From Eledone cirrhosa (taxonomy: Eukaryota), in the NCBI GenBank assembly GCA_964016885.1, contig OZ024742.1:38378001-38442000 (forward strand): DNA of 64,000 nt, read 5' to 3'. The translations under genes and the position numbers were made by a program. The notes under the pieces were generated by a model. That model did no database searches. It had not been told where the DNA came from and saw nothing but the letters and a program-made list of their open reading frames with translations. This document shows positions 12,501 to 25,600 of this stretch, one piece after another (position 1 is the first letter of the stretch; every line of letters starts with the position of its first letter).

Positions 12501-15500
12501 TTTTCATAATAATTATTTTTGTAATGTTTTAAAAGTTTTCACATTCATTTATTATTTTTATGTTCGCATGGGTTTTATATGTCTATAAATTTTAGCATTT
12601 ACACAGAATACTAGAATTTTGCTGGTATCCTCTGTTTCAGTCTCTAATTATTGTCTTTTTATAATGTCTCTTCTTTTATTAAGTGTCTCCATAGGTGAGA
12701 AGATACAGAAAGTTCTGGAAATATTTCATCAACTTGATAGCAATGAAGAAGACAATAAAGTGAGAAGATTTGTGGAGAAACTAATGAGAAGGTCAGTGTA
12801 ATTGGTGTTGATCTGGTTTGTCTAGTCATTGCAGATTCAAACCTTTTAAACAGTTACTATGTTTTTCTAACCTGCATCTGCATTGAATAGTTTGTTTTAT
12901 TATATAGTTATTTTGTCATCACTCAATTTCTCTCTGTGTTGTGATGGAAGAAAGAAGCAAAGTAATATGGTTAGACAGGGTGTATGGAGAGGGGAAAATT
13001 GGATACAGACATATTCTAATGACATTCCTTATTGCACAGGCAGCATGGTGCAGTGAATAGGAATGAGGCTGAGAGAGTAGAGAAGTGAGGAGGTAGTAGT
13101 ATATGAAGACTTTAGAGAGTAATATTAGACGAGATACTCAAAATGTTGTACCTTCCAGGCTCTATCACTGCCATAATTTTAATGTTGTTTTCACCATACT
13201 TGCACAGGTGGCTGGGTCTTCTCCGGTGCCATGTCTTGACAACCATTGCAATTTTTTGTTATCTCCTTCGTATCTACTGAGATAATTGTAACAAATTCTG
13301 TTTGGGTTAATAAAATATGTTCCAGGCATGTGCTGGGCTTCATTCAATTGTCTATACCTCTCTGCAAAATTTGTGATCTCTTTTTATTAAGACCTATTAT
13401 AGGTGTTGAGGCGGTGAATTGGCAGAGTCGTTAAGACGTCGAATAGAATGCTTTACGGTATTTTACCCACCTCATTGTGTGCTCTGAGTTCAAATCCCGC
13501 CATGGTCAACTTTGCCTTTCATCCGTTCAAGGTCGATAAAAAAAGTACCAGTCCAGTACTGGAGTCAATGCTTCTATAGAAAAGATCAGCTGTGTTCAGA
13601 CCTGGAGAGGGTTGGGCTCTGCGAGGTTTAAAAGGGCCCTAGACACGCCGTATAACGGTGCCTCTATGATTCCACAAGGAGTTATGATTCTTTTTATTTA
13701 TTATAGCTGATAATTATTATTTTATTAACATTGTTTTTATGTTTTGGCCTTCAGATTCCTGTCTACATATCCTGATGATGCACTGTTTTCTGAATTGATG
13801 GAAAAATATTACCAACCTAAGTTAAAGATTTTTAACTATATCACCAACTCAACTGGTTGTAATAAGCAAATATCTTTAAATGACATCAACCCCCCAGAAT
13901 GTGAGGCACACCTCTGTAACACTATTGAATACCTGGAGAGACTTCTAGACTCTGAATTACTTCAGGTAAACAGACTTTCATCAAATCATCAAACATTTTA
14001 GCCATCAACCCTTTAGCATTTACATTACTCTATATTTACTATTATATTTTCACAGTAAAGGCTTTACCTCACATAATTATCTCATAATATCGAATCTACG
14101 AGATTTTGGTATTATTTATTTTGAGAACAATACCTTAACATCAGTATGAGCAGCTGGTTATGGCAAGTTTGAACAGAAAGAGGTGAGAGAATTTTGGCCG
14201 GATACAGCTGGTTTAAATGCTAAAGGGTTAAGATGGTGTGTAATACATATAGTATGTAGGTATATAATACATGGGTTTGTATTATATACCTACATATCCC
14301 ATGTAGTACATGGGAGTGTAGTACATATAGTTCATGGAAGTGTAATACATATAGTACATGTGTAATATATATAGTACATGGTTGTATAATATATAGTACA
14401 TGGGTGTGTAATTCATATAGTACATGGGAGTGTAGTACATATAGTACATGGGTGTGTAGTACATATAGTACATGGGTGTGTAATACATATAGTACATGGG
14501 AGTGTAGTACATATAGTACATGTGTAATATATATAGTACATGGTTGTATAATATATAGTACATGGGTGTGTAATATATATAGTACATGGGTGTGTAGTAC
14601 ATGAGAGTGTAGTACATATAGTACATGGGGGTGTGACTTTCAGAAACATTTTTTCACGCTTAGAGTTGCTGAAGCATGGAACAAACTGCCTGCGTCAGTT
14701 GTTAGTTGCCGAGACACTGCATCCTTTAAAACCCTCATGCTTCCCGAAATTCGCCAAAACTACAACTGATGTCCCCCTTCCATACAGATGCACACGTGTA
14801 TATCATGACTCATGCACTGTTCATTTTCCTGACGTTTGTACATTACCCTATGTACTATACATACACTTTTTGATGAGTTGTAGTGCACCTGAGCACTGTA
14901 CACAATATTTTCGTTCATTTCATTTCATCATTTCATTTTACGTCCGCTTTTCCCTGCTTGCAAGGGTGGGACGGGAACTGATTCTGGCTTGATTTCTACA
15001 GCTGAATTCCCTTCCTAATACCAACCTCATTTACAGTGAGTGCTGGGTGGTTTTTGCCGTGGCACCTACACGACCACTTTGCAGTGGAATCATAGGGACC
15101 CCAGTCCTTATCATCTCATTTCTACAGCTGAGTTAACTGGAGCAATGTGAAATAAAGTGTCTTGCTCAAGGAAACAACACATCACCCGGTCTGAGAATTG
15201 AACTCACAACCTTTCGTTGCAAGGCCAATGCTCTAACCACTAAACATTAGTACATGGTTGTATAATACATATAGTACATGGTTGTATAATACATAAGTGT
15301 CCAAGATGGCGACAAGGAAGCTCGCTTGACCACGTCTTGACCAAACAAAATATAATATTTTCACCAAAAACTGCCCTTTAAACACGTCAGATGGATTACA
15401 ATATTCATTATTACAATTACTCTGACTGTTCCCTGACAACTAGTACCAGCTTCAACATAGAATTATTTTAACGAAGTATATTTAATTTGTCTTGATTTTC

Positions 15501-16623
15501 GCCAACAAACCACGTGTGGACATGGACGGGGAAAAAGGAAAAAAAACAAATCACTACATCCCTTAGGGATCGCAGTAAGTACTCCACAAAACATATAAAC
15601 AACAATATACACACAGATTTATATACAGATATATACCATATGCATATACACACACGTGAAAAGAAACCACGCTATTTCGTGTGAGACACTATACCGGCCA
15701 ATCTTACGTACATTGGTAAAATATCTCTGAACATTGATTTCGCTTCTAACCCACATACACCTTTTAATTATATATATATACTAGCAGCTGAAAGTTAATA
15801 ATTTGAAAAATATTATTGAAAGTTTATTATAAAGAAGCAGTATCGGGGAAAAAACGTTATTTCGCTGTTAATAAACTGTTGCCTTCTACAGTACGTTTCA
15901 TTTAACTTACGCAGCATATTTATTTGTTTACATGCACAGACTCTTCTGTACACACACAACATTTAGGAAAACGGAAACAAAATACACAAAAAACAAAACA
16001 AAAAAACAGACATTTTATTTCTATCGTAATCAAGTGCGCTAAACCTATATTGTTTACATTCTGTGTTTTTCTACAGATGGGTAGAAATAACAAAATTGCC
16101 ATGGTGATATCCATCGATGAAGTATGCGACAAAACTGGACGATGTTCCAAAATAGAACATTGCCCAGAAAACCACATCTGCCATATCTGTACGGAACCCG
16201 AAAGCTCGTTCCGTAATCGCTGGGTCGAATGTGGAACCTGTCACATCTCTATCTGCCTTCAATGCGCCACAGGCTTCCGGAGGATCCCAGGCCAAAAAAA
16301 GAGACATCATAATGCTGTGATGGATGGAATATGAGAGATGGTCCAGCTAAAATCCTGGTCCTTTCAGTGCCTGGCCTGTGTGCCTGCCTCCACTAATGTT
16401 ATTGAAAAACAACAACAACAAAAACCGATGACTGTATCTTCCTCTACCATTGTTACTGAACAACGGCAAAAACCTATGACACTGGCTTCTACTGCTATTC
16501 CTGTGGGAGAACATCAGAAACAACAACAACCCATGTCTTCCGCTCCCAGTACATCTCGACACCAACAACGTGCGACTGTCTTCCCCTACCATTCCCGTGG
16601 AGGAACATCATCATCACCAACAA

Positions 16624-16654
<31 letters not shown>

Positions 16655-19600
16655 AACCGACCAGTACAGATTTTGCAGAATTGCAACTAATGATTTCTGC
16701 TTTAAGAAGGGAAGTAACAGGAATAAAGGCAAGCATTCGGGTAGGACCACACAATGAGGGGTCTTATCGGAATGCCTTGCTAAATAATCTCCCTGTACCT
16801 CTTGCCGTATCTGGCCACACTGAGAAGACTGCGGAATCTGCTACCCATGAAGTAATTGCCATTGGGGGTACCAGAGGACAAGGCTGATCTTCAGGCATTT
16901 GCTCCCAGCTCAGCCAAAGACCTAGGCTGTGTTCCCCCAAAGGGTGCTCTCCGCCTTGGTCGACCTGGTCCAAAACCCAGACTCATCAAGCTGTCTTTTT
17001 CGGACCCCGCTGAGGCAATCTCATACCATCTGGCCTCTGTTAAAGCTGGGCATGAAAATCGGATTACCTTCCGAACACGCCCAGGCCTACCACCCCATGC
17101 ATGTCCAAAGCTCCGTGCTGCAGCTTCCTTGAATCGGAACTCAGCACAACATGAAAGTTTTAGTCTGCGTGATGATGGGCAGATCTGGAGGTTTGTTAAG
17201 GCTGGTGAAACGTGGAAGAGAGATACCAGCTGGTCTGAGTGTGATCTTACCCACAATAACTAGCAATGAAAAAACTGCTACAACTCTGGGAAACTAAACC
17301 AGAACAACCTGCCACCCTCTACACACCATCATAAACTGCAAGCAGGGTACAAATTGTCCTTAAATGCTCGCAGTTTATGCAACAAGATACATCTGTTTGA
17401 ATCCTACGTCAGAAGCATCGACCCTGACTTCATCAGAGTCACAGAAACATGGGCACATTCCTTACTCTTTGATGGGGTTTTCAGCATTACTGGGTACAAC
17501 CTTTTCCGCAAGGACCGCATTAATCGCCGTGGTGGTAGTGTGATGGTCTACGTTCGTTCAAACTTTTCGGTAATTCCTTGCGTTGATTTGAACGAATCAC
17601 AGGAAGAAGTTTTTTTCTGTGACATACGTATGACCATGTCAACACTTCTGCTTGGTGTTGTTTATCGCCCCCCAAACTACCATCAGGACACACAGCTTTG
17701 TGATATCCTCAGAGTTGCTGCCAAGAAAATAGCCACTTATGTGTTTATTGCAGGTGACTTCAATCATCCTGAGATCGATTGGGAAACCTTTCGTTGGCCA
17801 CAAGGTGCAAACGATTTCTTTGAACTAGTGCTGGACTCAAACTGGTCACAAGTAGTCACCTCTCCAACAAGAGGTGACTACACTTTGGACCTGATCTTCA
17901 CCACTACTCCTGAAGTGGTTATCAGTTGTACTACTGAGGAACCTTTAGGCAACTTTGATCATGCTATGATCATTGCCAATCTGGCACTTGAGGGCAGCAA
18001 CAAAAACCAGAGCCATCTCCAATCTGCTTGCTTTGATTAGAAGAAAGCAGATTGGAACTTGTACTGCACTGAGCTACAGCGCCCAAACTGGCATGAGATG
18101 TATAACTCTGGAGATGTGAACACTATACTCCAGAGCATCCTGGACTCAATATGGATAGCGTGTGCAGCATCGGTGCCACGTAAGCAGAAAAAAAACCCAC
18201 CCCAAAAGTGCAATTTGGGAAACTTCAGCGGTCCAACTTGCCAGGAAAGAATGTTGGAACGCTGAACGGGAATATAAACTGCATAAATCAGATGCCAACA
18301 GAAAAAAGCGGAAGAAATCTTCTAACCATCTCAAGCAAGTGACAAAGAAGGCAGTGCTTGAATTTGAACAGTGCATAGCAACCAATCCTGACAGTAAGGT
18401 GTTCTGGAAATATGTTCATTCAAAGCAGAGACCTCACTCTCCAGTTGGTCCTCTTCGCAATCCCCACACAAGCCAGATCACTGACGATCCCAAAGAATGC
18501 GCAGAACTCATTGCTGAGTGCTATGCAAGTATTTTTACTGTTGAAAACCAGAATGTACCATCTCCACCATCTCTAACATCAAATTCCATAACAACTATGG
18601 AATTTACACCTGCAATGTTGCGACGTCACCTTAAGAATAAGCGCAACTATGCCTCCCCTGGTCTTGATGGTGTTACATACCTGCTTCTCAAACGTGGCAG
18701 GTATTTCCTTTTGCGCCAGCTTTCTTTCTTTCAATACTGTCTCAACAATGGTGCTACTCCGGAGCAGTGTCATTCCTCTGTTCAAAAAGGGCAACCGCAT
18801 GTCACCTGTCAACTATCGTCCAGTCAGTCTTACTAGCTGTATGGCCAAACTGATGGAATCCTGTGTCAGAGAAACACTTTGGAACTTCTGGAGCTCTCAC
18901 AGCCTCATCCGGCCCTCACAGTTTGGATTTATCCCTAACTCCAGCTGCTGTGATCAGCTTATCGAGTTCCTTGAAGACATCACCCGGATCACTGACAGCG
19001 GCTCATGGGTGGATGTTGTTTACCTTGACTTTGCTAAGGCTTTTAATTCTGTGCCACACAAAAGACTTATGGCAAAACTCTCTGCAATGGGTGTGAGGGA
19101 TGATCTTTTCGACTGGTTGAAATCCTTCATTCTCAGCCGAAAAGAAGTAGTCACGGTTCTAGGACGGCATTCTTCACCATATCAGATGTCATCTTGTGTA
19201 CCACAGGATCTGTTCTTGGTCCCCTTTTGTTTGTGGCATATATTAAAGACATAGATGCCAACTTACAGAATGCCACGGTACTGAAATATGCAGATGACAT
19301 CAAGCTGTACCTTGAAATCAAAAGGACTGATCCTGAAATCTACAACTCTTTCCTACAATCAGACCTGGACACAATGCAGCAATGGATCACAGACTGACAA
19401 CTGAAGCTGGCTGTGGACAAGTGTACCACCATGCATTTTGGGAGGAAAAATCCAGCATCCACATACTCCCTCCACAACACTGATATCAAGAAGTCCTCTT
19501 GTGAACGTGACCTGGGCATTACTGTCAGCAGCGATTTGCGTTGGACAAAGCATGTCTCTAAGATTGTCAAGAAGGCCGAGGGTGTCTTGGCATCACTCAG

Positions 19601-22600
19601 CAAGACCTTTGTTAGCCGCTCTCCAGCCATCTATTTAAAACTGTATACAGCTATGGTACGACCACACTTGGAATTCGCATCATCAGTCTGGAACCCCTAT
19701 CTTGCTCAGAACATTGACCTCCTGGAAACTGTTCAGAGACGTGCAACCAAGCGCATACCCTCCATCAGACACCTACCATACTCTGAACGCCTTGCTTCCC
19801 TGGGCATGGATTCATTGAAGCTCCGACGTCTGGCAATGGACTTGGTAAATACCCCTAAAGTTATTAACCATCTCGCCAATTGCAACCCTGAGCACCTTTT
19901 TGATCTCCATGTGTCTAACACACGTGGACATGCCTACAAAATCAGGAAACAGCACAGCTCCCATGACTTTCATAGACATTTTTTCACGCTCAGAGTTGCT
20001 GAAGCATGGAACAAACTGCCTGCGTCAGTTGTTAGCTGCCAAGACACTGCATCCTTTAAGACACTCATGCTTCCCGAAATACGCCAAAACTACACCTGAT
20101 GTACCCCTTCCATACACATGCACACATGTGTGTATCATGACTCGTGCACTGTTCATTTTCCTGATGTTTGTGCATTGCCCTATGTACTGTACATGCACTT
20201 TTTGATGAGTTGTGGTGCACCTGGGCACTGTACACAATATTTCATTATTATTATTATTATTATATCATGACTCATACACTGTTCATTTTCCTGACATTTG
20301 TACATTATTCTATGTACTATACATGCACTTTTGATGAGTTGTAGTGCACCTGAGCACTGTACACAATAATTTCATTATTATTATATAGTACATGGGTGTG
20401 TAATACATATAGTACATGGGTGTGAAATATATATAGTACATGTGTGATATATATAGTACATGGTTGTATAATATATATAGTACATGGGTGTGTAATATAT
20501 ATAGTACATGGGTGTGTAATATACATAGTACATGGTTGTATAATATATATAGTACCTGGGTGTGTAATATATATAGTGTGATATATATAGTGTGATATAC
20601 ATAGTACATGGTTGTATAATATATATAGTACATGGGTGTGTAATATATATAGTACATGGGTGTGTAATATATATAGTACATGGGTGTGTAATATATATAG
20701 TACATGGGTGTGTAATATATATAATACATGTGTGATATATATATATATAGTACATGGTTGTATAATACATATAGTACATGGTTGTATAATACATATAGTA
20801 CATGGGTGTGTAATATATATAGTACATGTGTGATTTTTCTTTCAGAAAGAGAGTATAAGAACTACAATTAAACTTGCCATAGCATGTTTCTTGAAATTCT
20901 TCCATAAGATTACTGACACAGAATCCTTACAGACATCAGAATATTATAAATTCTTCAAAATCATTTCCAACTCTACCAAATTATTACTTAAAATGCTGCA
21001 TTTCTTCCAAAAATTAGCAGGTAATTATTGTTTTATATGTTGATGACTAGAATTGTATTGAATACAATAGGATTTCTTTGCTATCAATTAACAGCACTCC
21101 CACTGTGTCTATATATATATGTGTGTGTGTGTGCAATATACACAATGATTACTCTAGTGTTGGTGCCACAGAAAAAGAAGCACCTAATTCACTCTGTAAG
21201 ATGGTAGTGATGGCGCCACAATAAAATGCACACAGTCCACTCTGTAAAGTGATTGATGTTAGAAATGGCATCCAGCCATAGAAACCATGCCAAATATGGA
21301 ACGTATGAACAAAATGAGGTCTGTCCTGTCTAATCTCAGACTGTGACAACCCATCCAACCTATGCCATGGAAGGTGGATGTAAAATAATGTTGATGAGTA
21401 CTTTAGTCTTTGTCATATTAACCTGCTGGCCTTTTGATTCTAGAACATTCTTTCAGTTTTGGCTTCAAGACAAAATTGTGATATGTGTTTGTTGTTGTTG
21501 TTTTAGATTTCATTTAACACTTTCATTGTTAAATTTGTAAGGAAATACACAGTATTTAAATTAATTAATGAAGAATGTTTGAGGGTCTTGCTAAAATTAT
21601 CAATTATTTCTTTAAGATGGTATTTGTAGATTAACTTAAACGGTTAAAATGTATGTTGGAAGGTTTTAATTTAAATAGGAGCCCCTTAAAATGAGTGGTT
21701 TTATTTCATAGAACCAGAGGTGGTTTAGTATCAAAAGAATTAGCAGAAACACTCTTAGTGATATATGTTACCAGTAAAGTGAGAAACCCTTCATTGAATA
21801 GAATGCCTAAAATTCCAAGACAAGATATAAAACAAAATCTTGTGTGCACATTTCCTTAACATTCTGTTGATTACCTTGGTAAAATATTCAAGATCAGAAT
21901 AAAACATCATCATCATCATCATCATCGTTTAACGTCCGTGTTCCACGCTTGCATGGGTTTGGACGGAGGGTTTTCCCACTTGAGGCAAGAGTGGTTATCT
22001 TGCTCGCATAGGACTGTCTGGCGGGTTTTCTACAGCTGGATGCCCTTCCTAACACCAACCACATTTACAGTGTGGGGCTGGGAGGTTTTTACCGTGTTGC
22101 CTACATGGCCACATTACAGCGTGAACTGTGTGTTTTTTTGATGTGACACCTACACGATCTCATTTGTTTCGGCCTGGATGTTGTGGCACCAACATAACTT
22201 TACATTGAAAGGGGCGGTGTGGATGGGGTGGGGGTGGTGGGACGGGGGTGTATTTTGTTAGAGATGCCTACATGTATTTAATATGTTTTCTTAATGTTTA
22301 GGCATTCTGTAGATTACTTAGTTATTCTATACAATACCTGAGTTTCATGCAATGCCAGTAACCTAGAAATTGTGTGAGTGAGTATGTATGTGTGTGCTTC
22401 ATAATGTTTATATCAATGTATACTACATTTTCACATGGAATTGATACTGCCATGTTTGATTTTGTAGTTTTATCGCCTCAAGTGGGACAAAACCGTCCAA
22501 CACATGCTAGCGTGGAAGATGGACATTAAATAATGTTGATGATGATGAATCATTGTTCAAAATGAAAATAGGAAATACAGGACAGACAGAACATGCTGTT

Positions 22601-25600
22601 TTATAGGTTTCGAATGGGGGTGTAAAAATAAGTGATGTTTGAAGTGTTTTTGTTTTTAATATCTGTCTACATGTCCACTTGTCTGCCTTTTTTTTTTATT
22701 TTCTCCATCCCTCCTAAATCTATTTTTATATTGTATACATTCCTTTATATGTGTTCTGTTTGCAGACTTCAAGTCAGAATTCCTTCTCAATCAGGATTGC
22801 CATGTTACTTTGATCAATATTTTGGTGAACATTGTAGAAAAAATTGGCCAGAATCTTTTGGTAAGTTGTATAACTCAATATCATTTCTGGTGTTCTATTG
22901 TAAATAAACTCTTAATATGAGTAGAGTGTATGATGCCTGAGTTCAAAGTGAGATGTTGCATGGTAGTGAAACATGGGAATTAAATGCAGAGGATATGTGA
23001 AAGCTGGAAAGAAATGAAGTGAGTGTGCTTCATTGGATGTGGAATGTTATTGAGTTGAGAGAAAAAACTGGGTATATCATCATCATCATCATCATCATTT
23101 TACGTCCGCTCTTCCCTGCTTGCAGCATGCAACATCTCACTTGGAACTCATAATAGGAATTAAATGCAGTGTGCAAGAGAAAAGACTATACTGGTATGAC
23201 ACATGGTCCATATGGATGATGTTCACTGCGTTAAGAAGTGTCAGATCATCAGTGGACAGAAGCTGCAAAAGGGAAAGACAGAAGGAAACCTGGCATTTCA
23301 TTACCATATTTCTAATGAAAACCACTGCCTATGATTTTCAGTTGATTTTTAGAATAATAAAAAATTAAGATGGTGTTTGGAGCATGAATTAACAAAGTTT
23401 TTTTTTTACACAAAATGATAATTGAAGGTTTTTAGATAAATATAAATACCTTAAAAAAAGTTTTGTATCATTGAACCAAGAGTGGTTTTAGGCGGTTTGG
23501 TATCAAACTCTTTTGTTTAGACTCTTTATAAATAGAAGTGGTTAGGGATGCTATAGTCAATTGCTTCTACACTCATTACTTAACTTGGAGAGGGACCATA
23601 CCCATACATTTTGTAGGAATAGCCATGCTGCCGAGATCAATTATATTGATCTCGGCAGCATGGTAAGATCAATTATATTGATCTTAATCTTACGTGGGTT
23701 CATGCCTGTAGGAAAGACATGAACAGAGAAGAATTTCCTGTGGGCTGCAGTGTTGTTGAAGAAGGATTAGGTAGTTTTTATTGCAGTATAAGTCAAGAGA
23801 AAAGGAAATACAAGGCACATTACTATATCTGTTGAGGTACAATGGCTGTGTAGCTAAAGTATTGGGCCTAACCTCAATGATGTGCAACACATAACATTCT
23901 TTGGTCTCGCTTGACTGGACACAAACCCAAGCTTCACACCTATTTCCCAATTGAGTGGTTAGGAGAAACAAAGTCATCCAACTGTAGAAATTATTCTACC
24001 CTTGGAAGTATGAGAAAATAGATGTAAGGCTCATCATTTAACATTTCTATGCTGGTATGGGTTGGAGTCACTCTTCTCCCAGATGGGCTGAGGGCCACAG
24101 ATTGGTTATGACATGGTTTCTACAGCTGGATGCTCTTCTTATCACCAACCAAGAAATTATCATCATTCTACATCCGCCTTTCAGGTTGGTATGGGTTGTC
24201 ATGGTCTCTGATTGACAGAGGTATCTCATCTTGATCAAACATTCCATATTTGGCATGGTTTCTACAGCTGGATACATAACACTAACCACTTTAAAAGGTG
24301 TTCTGTCTGTGTTTTATAAGGCATGAGCACTAATATTTTACAGAGTGTACTATGCATTTTATCTTAGCACCAGCACTAGAGAGGTTGTCCAAAGCCCAGC
24401 CAAATGGAAGAATCCTTTCCAAGAAATTAAATGTTATAAGACAGTTTGTGACATATGTGAAGAGTTACATTAATATTTTTACATAGGTTGTCAGTCAATC
24501 ATTTGACTGTTTGTGGTTATACCTGCTGCCAGTGCTCAATATGAAGGATATCACCAATTCAACAGACAAAGATGCCAGCAATGATATGCCTGATTCCACA
24601 GTAAATGACTTACCAAACAGAGTGTCCTGTGCCATTAAGTATTGTCTGTGTCACCCTCAGTGGGAAATCAGAGATTCAGCTATGGAGTTTCTCTCAAAAA
24701 CATTTGCAGCTTGTGAAAGTAAGTTTTATTTTGTCTGTCTATTTTATTTTTTTTAATTTTTGCTAGGACATTATTCCTACAAGGATTTTAGTCAATTTTC
24801 TTGACCCCACCACACACACTCCCCAATAGTCTGGTGTTCATTCCATTTATGGAATAGCTAAATTGAGCTTTCAGAAAGCTTTCCTGTGTATCCTTCCCTA
24901 AAAAATATTGTTTAGTACTGATCAAGTAGATTTATTATCAAATGTGTGGCTACCTTCTTTTTGTAAATCCAGGAATTCATTATCTAATGTATAATTTGAG
25001 GAATATTTGGCTACTATTTCTAGCAGTTAGAATGGCTATGTAGGGGCCATCTTATTGGCTTGTGGTGTCTAATATAAGTATTTAAAAAAACAATCCTATC
25101 CTTGACACCAGAAAATCATCATCCAATATTTGTCTCTTTCTCTCACAGTGCCTGAATTACAGTCATGGGTAAAGGAAAATAAACTCCATTCATTGGCTTA
25201 TTCCAGTCTATCTGATGGGGAAAGTTATGTACGTGCCACTTGTATATCTACCCTGTTACATTTACTCAACATAGACAGTCTCTGGTCAAACTTTCTTTCA
25301 TCTGCTGAAAAATCTCAGGTCAGTTTAAAATTTATACATTTTATCACTGCCATGTGTATCTGGTTTAGACTAGGTACACCACATCCCTGCATGTATCCAG
25401 TTTAAAATAGGTAAAAAGTATCCCTGTGTGATAAAATAAGGTGGCACCAGGAAGGGCATTTGGCTGTAAAATATTACTTTAAAAAAAAAAAAGACACCAT
25501 GATAAGTATGAAGTTTGACATGGGGCCTACTAGACTAACCTCTGCTTTAACAGGGAAAATATATTTATCAGATGGTACCCAGTATATTAAATATGCTTAT

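Noticed and set aside
12691-12700. Alternative BRAT1 exon 4 acceptor ATAG|GT
   Set aside because: Gives phase 1, incompatible with the phase-2 donor of exon 3
14282-14649. YYTPM/CTIC repeat ORFs (also 20310-20905) and a CRISPR-like appearance
   Set aside because: Minisatellite with contiguous units and no unique spacers; eukaryotic intron, no cas genes
16570-16660. PolyQ/polyT ORFs as a host gene
   Set aside because: CAA repeat within frameshifted CR1 ORF1
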